Positions 38,711 through 51,589 of a stretch of DNA of 64,000 nt are shown piece after piece (the first letter of the stretch is position 1; every line of letters starts with the position of its first letter). Location of the stretch: contig OX597823.1 of assembly GCA_951406725.2 (NCBI GenBank), forward strand, positions 101,804,001 through 101,868,000, read 5' to 3'. Source of the DNA: Octopus vulgaris (lineage: Eukaryota). Under the pieces are notes generated by a model. The model was not told the origin of the DNA and did not search any database. It was given only the letters and a program-made list of their open reading frames with translations. A program made the position numbers and the translations under genes.

Positions 38711-40078
38711 TGAGGACATGCGCTGTAACAGCGCATCACTGCATCTACCATTTGTTGGTGATACCCTTCTACTGGTGGATGACGCCTTTGCACCACTCAG
38801 GCGAGAACCGGCCAGCCCACAAGTCTGCTTTGGGTAGTCGTTACTAGCGAGGTTTTTACGTGGTCGAAGTGCAAATCTTTACTCAACCTCTTTTGCCGCC
38901 TTTTTACGACAGATAGGGGAAATAAATGCCAGAGGTTTGGGAAATTCAAAGACAGATAGAGATATGGAATGGGGGCAGAAGAACTGGGAAAGGAAACTTG
39001 CAACTGGAATAACTGAAAGTATTTGTTGCTGATATCTTTGAGAATTCGTCAACTAGTATGTGACTTGAAACACTGCCTTTCAGAAGAGGCGAATTAAAGA
39101 CAGAGGTTGACTGAATTGTGTTTCAGGGCGTGACGGTAATATTTAAGTATGATTTGGCTGATATTGTAAACAGGTCGGATGATCACGTGCAAGAAAGGGT
39201 TAGATTTAAGGTTTGTGCGGACGTTGGTGGGTACAATCAAGGTTGAACTGAAGTCCACTGGTGTTTGTGGAGAAAGAGAACTATCCAGAATGATTCCCCT
39301 GCGTAGACTTCATTGTTTTTGCTTTACATTTTGGTGGGAGTGGAAGAAGCTGAAACGACCATAGCTGATGGGCTGTCCCGAACCACTACTTCAATCTCTT
39401 TGTATGGAATAGCTGAAGGACAGTGGCAGCGAATGGGCTTCTGGACACCGAGCAATAAAATGCGATTCTTTTCTCAAGATGTTAAGTCAACCGAATTATA
39501 CGTTGGTGGTGTTCCAGTGGACACTCTTTCTTTGTGGTCGAACAACTGAATGCAAAACGTCAAAACCGACGGAGGTTCCATCCAAGCTATTCAGCACAAA
39601 CTCGCACGAATCGACTGGTATTGCCCCGGGCAGACCAGTGTAGATGAAGTAATTGACAGCTTTCGACTTTGCCTTTGATCCTTTCGGGGTCGATTAAATA
39701 AGTACCAGTTACGCACTGGGGTCGATGTAATCGACTTAATCCCTTTGTCTGTCCTTGTTTGTCCCCTCTATGTTTAGACCTCTGTGGACAATAAAGAAAT
39801 GAATATGTTGGAATAAACACGCTTTGATCTACAATTTTTTTAAGGTTAGATATTTAATACACGCAGGATGATTGTTGTGTTAATACAGAATGTAAGAGAT
39901 TGGCAGATTTGTAAGGATATCAGATAAAATGCCATCCGGTATATAGTTTCAGCTCGTTACGTTCCGAATTCAAATCCGACATCGACTGACTTTACCATTC
40001 TTTCTTCCCCAAGGTCGATAAAATAGTGCCATACTGGAAGTCGATCAGATCAACTAAACTCTCCGCCAAATATGAGGC

Positions 40079-40290
40079 CTTCTTCTTCTTCTTCTTCTTC
40101 TTCTTCTTCTTCTTCTTCTTCTTCTTCTTCTTCTTCTCCTCCTCCTCCTCCTCCTCTTCCTCCTTCTTCTTCTCTTCCTTCTTCTTCTCCTCTTTCTCCT
40201 TCTCCTCCTCCACCTTCTTCTTCCCCTTCTTGTTCTCAACCTCTTCCTCTCCTCTTTTCCCTCCATATTCTTCTCTTCCTCCTCCTTCGT
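40079..40290. repeat. (CTT)n/(CCT)n pyrimidine tract
   Basis: Visible directly. Confidence 0.95.
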
Positions 40291-40902
40291 CGTACACATA
40301 CACACACAAGGCGATTCCACACAGTTTCCCTTTACGAAATTCTCTCACAAGTCATTGGTCGGCCCGAACCTGTAGTGCGATTAAAACCGAATCCACTTAG
40401 TTACAAAGCCAACTTTTTAACTACACAGCAAATGAATGCGGTTATATATATGAAAATAAATGAAAAGTAAGTAACCTGTAGGAACCTAAACTACAAAACT
40501 GACACCACAGTACATCCAGGTTTAGTTACAAAATAGAAATATGTTACGATTAGCTCCACACGAACTCACGTATTTAATAACAGGTCGAAGTTGCGAAAAG
40601 TTTTAGCAAAGTAGAAAGAGAAGAGTAGTGCCCCTTGCATTTACGACCTCGTTCGTATTATACCGACATACCACAACATACTGTTGATTGGTTCTTAGCT
40701 CGAAAAACGAGGTAAAGCGAAAACAGAAGAAAAGAAAAGAAAAGAAAGAAGGAAAGAAAGAAAGAAAGAAAGAAAGAAATTAAAAAAGAAAGAAATGAAA
40801 AAAAACAAAGAAAGAAAGACACGGCGGTACCCCAGCATGGCCGCACCTTTGAGCTGAAACCGATAAAAGGATAAAGGAATAGAAAATTTTAAAACTTATT
40901 AG

Positions 40903-40935
<33 letters not shown>

Positions 40936-41094
40936 GACGGACTTCTTTAAGTTTCCGTCTACCAAATTCATTCACAAGGCATTGGTCAGCCCGAGACTAT
41001 TGCTCAATTCACTTGCCTAAGCTGTCACGCAGTGGGACTGAACTCCGAACCATGTGTTTCACGTGTGTTTTATTTGATTTCCACTTCAAGACTT

Positions 41095-41154
<60 letters not shown>

Positions 41155-41169
41155 AGTGTGAGTGTGTGA

Positions 41170-41235
<66 letters not shown>

Positions 41236-42379
41236 ATATTTCCTTTTAAATTCGATGCTTTCAAATATGTTCGTTGAGACTGGCGTAAAGTCGGACGAAT
41301 CAATTAAAGTTCAGATCTATTTTTTTCCCATTAACTTCTTTGAAAACACGCCGTAAAGTCGAAAAAGACGTAACTAGAAGCGACGTAAGTTGAGATGTGC
41401 CTCTCCCTTCAAATTATTCCTTCCATTCATAAATGACATACATTAAATGATTCACTCACCGATAAAGTACGTTTTAACCATAAAACCCCGATATGGTCCC
41501 GGCATGAAAGCTTCTGATCACAAGTCTTTTCGATCACATCTGCAGTAAACTGGATGTCTAAATGTTTGTTCCTTCTCGAGCCACGCCTGGATCATTAGGG
41601 CCGGTTTCCTGGTTTCCTTGGCGTATAGGTTCCCCACCTGGACGGGACGCCGGTCCGTCGCAAGTGAGCTGCAAGATGCAGCAGAAAAGAGTGAGAGAAA
41701 GTTGTGGCAAAAGAATCAGCAGAAGTTTCGCCATTACCTTCTGCCTGAGCCGCGTAGAGCTTAGGTGTTTCGCTCATAAACACATACATCGCTCGGTCTG
41801 AGATTCGACCCGCGATCCCTCGCCCGCGAGTCCACTAGGCCATGTGCCTCCACGGATGTCTAAATAACATCGCCCTTTTCGGTATAGTTATTTTGATTGA
41901 CATATTGTTTTATCAGGCTTATTACTACCCACAAGGGGCTAAACAGAGAGGAGACAAACAAGGACAGAATACTATCTGTGTTAAATTAGCCTTTGGTGGT
42001 GAGTGTCCGAGGTAAAGTCAACTTATGGGAAGCTCAACTTCGTATAAAAGATCAAGGATTGTCTCTAGGGTGGGAGTGTGTTTTATGTGCCATCAAATAG
42101 AGTATGTGAAACCCTACCAAGAAGAGAGGCAGGTGCTTCTGTTTGGTACAGGATAGCAGTGGTTCACTGCATGGTAGTCAGGCAATCAGGAGACATTGAC
42201 GTTCCTTTGTTGCTGTCGATAATGAGCATTCAGTTGTTTGATCAGTTGAACTCCTTGAAGTAACGTATAAATGGCTGAATATTCTACAGACTGGAGTATC
42301 TTTAATGTAATTCTCAGACAGAATCAGTATGACCCAATATATGACACAAGCACAATTCATCAAACGGGCTTCTGCAGTT

Positions 42380-42456
<77 letters not shown>

Positions 42457-42683
42457 GTGGCGAATAAGCGCACTGTACGTCGATGGTTTGAGAAGTCCCG
42501 GTCTGGTGACTTTACTCTTGAAAATCAGCCCCGTGGTAAACTTGAGACCAAGGTGATAATAATGAGCTGGAAATTGTAGAAGAAGCGGATACAACTCAAA
42601 TTATGCGTGAGTTAGCAGCAAAGGTTTGATTTCGATTCCACCTGTACTGGATCATCTGAAACAAATCGGTAACGTAAAGAACT
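42457..42683 (+). pseudogene. Mariner transposase fragment (N-terminal HTH region)
   Basis: VANKRTVRRWFEKSRSGDFTLENQPRG..DNNELEIVEEADTTQIMRELAA..VLDHLKQIGNVK, typical of mariner/SETMAR-like transposases. Frameshifted. Confidence 0.8.
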
Positions 42684-44233
42684 GTTATTTTCTCTTAAGG
42701 AAAAATCCGATCTTGTGCCAATTCCATGTTTTATGGAACATCAACACTCACATGGCGCGAAATCAAATAGCTTTGAATAGCGGAGACCACCACAGTAGCA
42801 ACATGAAAGGTAGAATCCGAAGACAGCACGTCTGCAAGTGAGAAGTTGGTATGTGTTGGTGAACGATATGATACCAAACAACAGAGCGGCCTTTGTATGA
42901 GGTCCAGGAGGCTTGTGTAAATAATAATAGCAACATTTCAGATGTGGGAGTACTACTCCATTGTTGGTCATACGCAATTTGTTTCGTAACTGTTTGTGTT
43001 TGGCGTATCTGAGGTGTCAATGTGGAGTAGCCTCTTTGACACGTCGCTCTCTTAGCGGTGGGGGGCGTCCGCCTTGATCCCCACCTTGCACCCAACTTTC
43101 ACCTATGGCTCCAAGTAGCTGTTTGCATACAACGGCAGCCACACCCTAGTAAACCGCTCCGACTGGCTAAAGCAAATGAGGGTAGCGAATGGGTATGTAG
43201 CTCTTGGTAGCACAGGACTTGCCTACCTATGTATGTGAAAACTGGATCTGTTAGACTCTGCGCAAGAAACCTTCATGGATAAACAAAGAAGAAGGCAGCT
43301 GCGGCAACACACTGTAGAGCGCAGAGAGCAAGATAAGGCGAGCAAAACATCTTGGTCATCTGCTGCATCCGTCTCCCATCTCCCATCGTTTTGTTTCGGT
43401 CTTGCTACTGGACGAGAGAATTAAACCTGGACCTGCGATGGATACATTACATCCCACCTAGAAGTATATATCTTCGCTATCCAGGAACGGGGTATAGCTA
43501 CTAAATGCCTGATAAACAAGAGAGACAAAGCTACCACAAAACTACGTTGTGATAAAAAGAAAAAGAAAAGGGCTGGCTCAGCTATACCAGCAAATATAAT
43601 GGGATTTTAAAAAATACTGAATGGCTATGAAGGTCACCCGAATAAAATAGGAATCAAAGGGATCCAGAAACAAAAAAAAATGGTTGAGAACTCTTGATTT
43701 AATCCATCGGAGGTAGGAGACAGCTTTACGTGCCTTTTAGCATCACTTTAACCTTAACAACACGAAGCTAAGGTAATCGTTGTTCGCTTTTTACTAAATA
43801 TGAGAATATAACCGTGAAATTGTTTAATTTCTCGAAGTTATCTCCCCTTCGCATTCAGAGTTGTTCGCATTTTTCGCGAGGTTATTGTTTTCCTTCTCTT
43901 TCTCGAGAGAGAAGTTTTAATGGATTCTTAATTCATTGTCTACGGCATTCATTGCATCCCAACTGCCGTTCATATATATAAATTTATGCGAGGTGGGGGT
44001 AAATGAGTGGGGAGGAGGTATCGGCGTCAGAACTGTGTTGACTGGTCCCTATTTTATCGATCTTGACGGTTGAAAAACAAAATGTCGGATAGAGGATTTT
44101 TTTTTTCTATAAACGTATGAAAATAGAAAAGTTTTTTCTTGTTAATAATATAAACAAGTCGCTCCTTTAATGGATAACATAATTTATGTTGCTATGTTGT
44201 AAAAATTCCTAATAATAAAAGATTAAATCAGTA

Positions 44234-44305
44234 AGGTTCTACCGAGACTCGAACTCGGATCGCTGGATTCAGAGTCCAGAGTGCTCACCATTACACCATA
44301 GAACC
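44234..44305 (-). tRNA. tRNA-Gln (anticodon CTG)
   Basis: GGTTCTATGGTGTAATGGTGAGCACTCTGGACTCTGAATCCAGCGATCCGAGTTCGAGTCTCGGTAGAACCT, 72 nt. Perfect acceptor stem (GGTTCTA/TAGAACC), anticodon stem (CTGGA/TCCAG) and T stem (CCGAG/CTCGG); TTTT terminator ~14 nt downstream. Confidence 0.96.
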
Positions 44306-44929
44306 GACTTATCGCTACTGAGAAAAACAAAATATATAACAAAGGCTTGTCTAGTAGTTGTGCGCTTCTGTTACTGTCGACTGGGAGAGATAAGACAAAA
44401 TAGCGAAAGAGAAGAAAGAGATAGATAGGTAGAGAGACAAGCATAAAAAGAGACAGACAGACAGAAACAGAGACTAAAATGATTGTAAGTATAAGCAGAG
44501 ATAATGTTAACATGTTCAACGAAGCCATTTATATATATATATTTTTTTTTTTTTTGTTTTGTTTCTATTTCTCTATCTTTCAGCAGTTCTTTTTCTTTCC
44601 CTCCTTCGCTCTTCTCTTTCTTTGTTTCCTTTCTTCCACATTATTCTCATTTCGTTCCCGTTATCGGTTTGCTCTTTCCCAGTAAATGTATTGTTATTGT
44701 TGTTACTATTTAGCAGATCCGTGATCAAAAGCAATCCAACCGTGACTAACTTATCATTTATTCAGACTTTGTGTATCGAGGACAACATTATCCAATGAGA
44801 TTTGGTTGCTATTTGTAGCATATCGAGCGACGACGATAGAACATCCCCGTTGGTTTGTAATTTTAAAATTTACAGGTTCAATGTTTTTTAACATGAACGT
44901 TTATCGGAACTTTTAAATAATCCGCCATA

Positions 44930-45293
44930 TGCGTTGTCATGGTTGTGTAGTTAAGACGTTTGCTTTGCAACCACGTAGTCTCGGGTTCAGTCCCACTGTG
45001 CGGTACTTTGGACAAATGTTTTGTTAAGTAAAATTGGCAGCCGAAAACGCTTAGTGTGTGTGTGTGTGTGTGCGTGCGCGTGCCTGTGTGTGTGTGTGCG
45101 TGTATGTGCATGTGTGTTTGTATCCACTCACGCACCTTGACAACCGGTGTCGGATTGTTTTCGTCCCCGTTAATATATCGACATAATAAGTACCAGACTT
45201 TAAAATAAGTATTGACGACGATTTCTTCGACTAAAATATTTCAAGATGGTGTCCCAGCATGGCCGCAGTCCAGTGACTGAAACAAATAAAAGA
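44930..45293 (+). mobile_element. SINE family A, diverged copy
   Basis: atggttgtgtagttaag..gggttcagtcccactg..cagcatggccgcagtccagtgactgaaacaaataaaaga. Confidence 0.7.
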
Positions 45294-47596
45294 CAAACGG
45301 TCGCATGCATAAGTTTGCTTATTGTTCCTACTCTGGCGAGCTGGCGGAATCGTTACCGCCTTGGGGCAAAATGCTTGCAGTTATTTCTTCTTCATGTTTC
45401 AAGTCCAAACACCGCCGAAGTTAACTTTACCTTTCAAGAAGTACCAGTCAAGAACCGGGTCGATGAAAACAACAAACCACCGGCTCCCACTAAAACTGCT
45501 GTCCATATTGCTGAGTTGGTGAACAAAAATATGTTTCGTTGGCTGCGTGAATAATTGAAGCAAAAACCTTGAACATTTGACTGAAATATTTATTGTTGCA
45601 CATAAAGACGACTGTTGTTGGATATGTACAATTAATAATTACAGACTGAGAAAGAGACACCACTCTGAAAGCAATCTGTACAGCAACATCCTGTTGGCTC
45701 AACATAAACGAAATCATTGCACTCTTTTCGTGGTGAAAGAAGTCCTTGATTGTCTGCCTTGGGACCGTCTGCGTAAATGTCTGGAACCTTCAAATGGTAA
45801 GAATGGACGCGCATGTCGCTCAGCTGTCATCAACATTCTACAAAGGGTTTAGGCACCAAATTGGCTTTTTATAGGGTACAAGAACATTCTAGAAATTATA
45901 TCATTACACAACTTTATTCTGATTTGTTGCCTAATAAATCGATCACGTGAAATTCTTGGCCTCTGATCGGTTATCTAGCGGTTGCGGTTTCTCATCACCA
46001 CTACAGGTCTAACAAAACATATTCTCATCCTAGGTGACGTGGTCAAGCTTAAGCCTGTGACAAAGCGAGCTATCTGGACCCTTTTTCAGCAGCCTCTACG
46101 TTATTCTTGATGGCCCTTTTACTCATTTCTGAGATGCCTTAACTGATTTTAAAAGATACCAGCAATTTTCCTTATTACAGGAATTTGGATTAACTGGAAA
46201 TTATTGCATTCGTACCATTCAGAAAATCGCGCCAATTACACTTCATGAAAAATTATCATATATGTATAATACATTAAAAATTAACTTCAATCTTGCTTGC
46301 TTGCTTGCAAAATTATACAGCCAAAATGGCGCATAACAGGACAATACTTTGAAAGTAAATATATATATATATATATATATATAAAAGTTCGAGAGCTGCG
46401 TCCATGCTGGAACCTAAAATATAATTTTGCTGCAACATATTTTATATTTTCTGTAAAAACATGATTTCTATTTATTTATTTATGACGAAATACTGTAGTT
46501 AAGAATTTACATAATTACTTGAAATATATTATTTCGACTTTTAGATACTATATAAAAGGTTACAAGAAAAGAAGAAATTTCACAAAAAGCAACATAGTAA
46601 ATAATGTTACCCTTAAAAAATTTCTGCTAGCTAGGTGCCTAACAGGGGACATGTAAACACGTGCATAGATACATGCAGGATTTCGAGTTATTCCATTGCA
46701 AAATGGTTCTCTTAAAATATGAGGAACACAAATGTTAACATGGTGACACATGCCTTCACTCCATCATAGAATTTTTCATTGACTGTTTTGCTTTTATCGC
46801 GAATATGTGTGTGTGTGTGTGTATAGAAACACACACACACATATATATATATAGTTGGAATTTACAAAAAAAAAAAACCAAGACAGGTGTGTAAACAACA
46901 AACAGGTGTATTAGTTTAACGCTCGGGAAGCTGAGAAAGTGTTTTACGGTTCGAGCCTACGCTCTTCAAAAGAAAGAAGCACGAGAAACAGACACAGAAT
47001 TAAAAACGCTTAGTGGCTATCAGTCGATCATGGCTATATATAGCATTATGACCCGTCGTTGCCAGATCATAGAGAGCTAGTGCATGTATACATGTGTATA
47101 TATATGTGTACATATTACATGTACATCTATATATATACATCTACATATAAAATACAAAATACAAAGTTATATCTTGATATCGCTAGTGATAACAATACTC
47201 AAAATATATAACAGACTGGAATTGCAGTCCCGTCTCTTGCAATTTCGATCAATTGTATCTTGTCCTCCCTCTTATATAGAAGTGTGGCTACAATCCAGCC
47301 TACCTCTACTTCTGGAGGGACATTTTAAATTTTTATCCGGGACGTCCTACGTCCTAGATATAAAGGTAAAAATAAAATATTTCCACTTTGCAAGGTTCGA
47401 GTCGAGTACTCCCTTGCACGCTCCGTTGACTCGAACCTTGCTTCTATTGTGGCGAATTTACCGCCTCTGGTTACATATCTTTCATAGTCGCACCAAGACA
47501 CTTTTCGATGGTGCTTTCCTCCATGTGTTCAAATCTTTTTTCTCTACATTGTATACTTTATAGACAATAGTCTTTTCTTTAATTCAATTTTTTATT

Positions 47597-48060
47597 TCGT
47601 TTGGTGGTGTTATCCTAGATTCCCCGTCTTTGTCGGTGATCAATCCGAAATAGGTTTGTATTTCTTCCATTCTAATTTTAATGAGTTCGCGCCCGCCGAC
47701 GGCTGCAGCGAAATTCATTTTTGGACTTTCTTCTATCGAAGGCATTCTAACAAAAATGCTTCCGTGTAAACGGTAAAAATAATGTCAATTTCTCCAAACA
47801 GGGACACAATTCAATTTTTAAACAATAACCAAAGCTCCTTCTCCCAAAGAGGGAGGGTTACAGTTTACAATTGTTTAACAAATGCAACACAACAACGTTT
47901 CCTTTACGACGAACCAACAAACGTGATAACAATAGTTAAACAGTAATAATAATAATAACAACAAACCTTACGGTGAATCAAAAAGCAGTACGCAGTTGAA
48001 GCTATATCCTTTATGTATAAGAAATAAACCAACAGCAGTACTCAGTAGAAGCGGCTGTGA
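47597..48060 (-). mobile_element. 5' UTR and ORF1 start of a second, related L1/Tx1-type LINE
   Basis: ATG at 47745 gives MPSIEESPKMNFAAAVGGRELIKIRMEEIQTYFGL.., resembling SPKKFAEVAGKKE..LEKYMHML of the large LINE's ORF1. The terminal motif 48040-48058 matches 53108-53126 at 16/19 positions. Confidence 0.55.
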
Positions 48061-48309
48061 TTTTTTTATTACCCACAAGGGGCGAACAAAGAGGGGACAA
48101 CACAATCTGATTTGGGGCCAGATTTACGAATGGTTTTACATAGATGATGAATTTAAAAATTTTAACACATAATTACGAATCACAATAAAAACGAAAAATC
48201 GGATGATGGGACAGACCGGAAGACATTACGGATGGAGGGGGGCGAGTTTAGCTCGGACCCCACGATCTCCACCTCGCCACTGATACCTGGGTTTCATCCT
48301 GTCCCACAT

Positions 48310-51300
48310 TTATGCGGTACCATTCATACGCAACATCTGTGCTACATTCTTCCATCGTTTTTCGAACACTTTCTCAGTCAGGCATTTTCTCTCCAGCCCT
48401 ATTTTCCTTTTCAGGTGGAAGATGAAGTAATTCATCAATCCAGAGCCAGAGATGAAATTGCCTGACTCTATATCTTTCAGCCTCGTCTTCCAAATCACCT
48501 CTGTCGCGATTGCTACTACATCGAGAAAATAATTCTTACCTTCTTTCGAGAGGAAATCCGGTGGGTCAATTTTTACAATAGACTCAGTCGACAGCTGTAC
48601 TCTTCGTGTGTTTGACAACAGTTGTTCGACATAAACCCACACCTCTGATACCTCCGGACATTGAACAATAGCATGCGGGACGGTTTCCCTATCCCGTTCG
48701 CATCTTGGACATGTCGGATTGCCTCGGCCACCATGCCTTGCGAGTTTGTCCCGAACAGATAGAGCTTCTGAAAGTTGTCCAGGGTCTTCGGCCCGAATGT
48801 ACGTCGGAACAGACTAGCCAGCTGATTATCATCGAGACCTAGGGTTTCCCCTAAAGTATCGTCACATTCCGCCTCTACCAGTCCTCTATAAAAGAATGTG
48901 GTGGAATAGCAGGAGAGCCTTGCGACACTCCATAAACCATGTGTCCAGTTTTGATCTTCGATTCAACCAAGTTTCCCATCCACCGAAACTATTAAACTTG
49001 GGAAACGTCAGTTTTGTCAGCGGAGACCACACCCGTTCACCATCCAGGTAGAGCCACAGATGCCCCAACCTCAGCGCATGTCTGCGCATCAACAGCCAAG
49101 GTATCCCTAGCCCACCCTTTAACGGTTGTTGACAGCAAGTAGAGCGTTTCACAAGCGGTTTCGAGCCCCTCCACAAAAAGTGAAAGAGCTGTCTTTCCAG
49201 CTTGATCAACCACGAATCAGGGCAAGGCACGACGGATAGGCAGTAGGTGATGACCGATGCGATAAACACATTGGCTACTTCCGCCCTACCTTTCAGGGAG
49301 AGCCACCGGCAAGACCAGGTCTTGACTACTGCAGCCACCCTGCTCGATACCTCGGCCAAGTTCTTCTCTATTTGGAAGTCTGGTCCAAACCAAACCTCTA
49401 GCAACTTATTCGGACCCTCTGTCCAACGTCCCACGACTTACCTCTCCAGGTGCCGAGCTGCAAGCCGACTGACTTTTCACGATTAACTTTTACTCCTGCC
49501 ACCGTCTCGTAAACCTATGTAGGTGATCCATTTCGGTTACGATGATGGTGATGTCATCCGCGTAAGCTGACACCGATTTTCCACAACCTGGCTGTCTCGG
49601 GATGCCGCTCAATTTTCGCAGTAATGGCTCAAGAGCCATCACGTACAAAAGCAGGGAGAGCGGACACCCTTGACGAACCGAGCGTTTGATGTTGAACGGC
49701 TTCGATAAGAAATCGTTCACCCGAACTACCGAGTCGATGTTGTCGTAAATCTAAATGATCCACCTGAGGAAGCCAAGACCCAGGCCGAACTGTGCCAGAA
49801 TGGACACCAGGTAGCGATGGTCAACCCTATTAAAAGCCTTAGATTGGTCTAAATGGACCAGTGCCCCACCCTTGCCAGAATCCTTATTGAACCCCTTTAA
49901 AGTGTACCGTATAAGATGGAGATTATCCTGAATGGTTCTACCGGGAACGACACATGTCTGTGCCTCCCCGATCAGACCATCCGCGACACGCGCCAATCTT
50001 TTCAATAACACTTTGGCCAAAATCTTCAACTCTGTGTTTAGCAGTACAATTCCACTTGTACAGGTCCTTTCTGACAAGCGTCACTACTCCCCGGCGCACA
50101 GATCTAGGAATAAACCCTTTCTGCTGCCAGTTCGCGTAGACCTCCGCCAGTAGGTGCCCGAACAAGTCTGGCATACTCTTATATAACTCAGAGGGTAGAC
50201 CATCCAGTCCTGGCACCTTACCTGCGCCACAGTCCGCCATAGCCTCAGCCACCTCCTCAGGCGTGATCGGCCCTTCACAGTTCGCCCCGATAGGCACGGC
50301 AGCCCGTCGAGGAGGTCCGTAAAGCCCCTCCTACTATTCGGTCCGCCGCCCCCACCGAAAAGCTGAGCGAAGTGCTCCTGAAAAGCCTCGCACATTTCCT
50401 CGGGTTCGTCTATCAATTTACCTTGTTGGTCCGTCAAAGATCGAATTGTGGCATCATTACCACGTTGAGCCTCCACCACTCGGGCCGATCCTGCGGCGTT
50501 GATTCCCTCACAACCCACTGCGCGGATCCTAGCCCTGACAATGCAGCCCATGTGTTTGGCCTCGAGGTGCTGGTTTAACGCCAGTCTCTTGGCCGTCACC
50601 TGAGCCGCAGAGCCAGTTTTCATGGCTTCCTCTAAATCCTTAACTAGAGTTTATCCCATCCTAGCCTCTCTAGCCACTAATCCTATGCTATATCTAATAG
50701 ACTCGAATTTTATGGCTCGCTTGAGAGCATACCACCATTTATTATTAATGATGGCACCAGATAGCGCCCTCTGAATCAAAGTCCTAATCCGGTCTCTGTA
50801 CTCCTTAATCGCCAAAAGGGACGTATTAAGTTTCCAATAACTGGAGCCTCTTTTATATACCTTATCTATGTCAAGCTTACAGGTGACCATTTTATGATCA
50901 CTGTAGCTGACCAGGTAAAACTGTGGACACTTAGCTATTTCTCTATCTGCTTTTCTAATTAGTACTCTAACTATGTAAGACCTGGAAGATCCGTCGCTAT
51001 TTGACCATGTCCACAATGGAGCGTTCGGAAATTCCAACCTATAAGATCTGCTAGCTCAAAGCGTCTTAGCAGTTCCAGGAAGCCAGGGTTACCTTTTCTA
51101 TCTGTACACGAGCCAACATAATCTACTCGCGCCTGGTAAAATGTGTTGTAGTCTCCTAGCACAACTAATTAATGTAAAGTATTAAGAAATTTCTCTAACT
51201 CACGAAAATACTCACTTTGCCCAGATGATGATGAGGGTGCATAAATTGCAACCAGTCTGATAACTTTACCGTTACTGAACGTCAAATCCATGACGACCAG

Positions 51301-51576
51301 CCTACCCTCTGGATCTGAAAAAATTAACTTTTTCTCAAAAACCCGGTTTCTTTTTAATAGGACCCACACCCCACTCCCACCGGTAGGACTGCCTGGAGAG
51401 AAAATACTCTCGTAGCCGTTCAACAGCGGGAGCAGATCTCTTGGCCCCTCTAACCGGGTTTCTGTAGCAACAATGACATCCAAATTCCGCGACCTGATAT
51501 CATTAAGGAAGCGACCCTGCTTCCAGCTTAATCTCAGGCCACGCATATTTAAGCAACCATCATGAATGTTAGACAT
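48310..51576 (-). pseudogene. LINE ORF2 (AP endonuclease, reverse transcriptase, zf-RVT); multiple stops and frameshifts
   Basis: CLNMRGL, VATET, LGDYN, SDHKMV (APE); KVPGLDG, LLNTELKILAKVL, LDQSKAF, RQGCPLS, YADD (RT); KGGLG; CPRCERDRETVPHAIVQC. Confidence 0.93.
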
Positions 51577-51589
51577 TACTTACCTCAAT

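Noticed and set aside
42740-43500. GC-richer stretch resembling an RTE 5' UTR on -
   Set aside because: No readable protein motif; cannot be supported without a search.
47084-47563. 159-aa ORF
   Set aside because: Inside the non-autonomous Helitron; the frame is broken in the other copy (stop at 24720).
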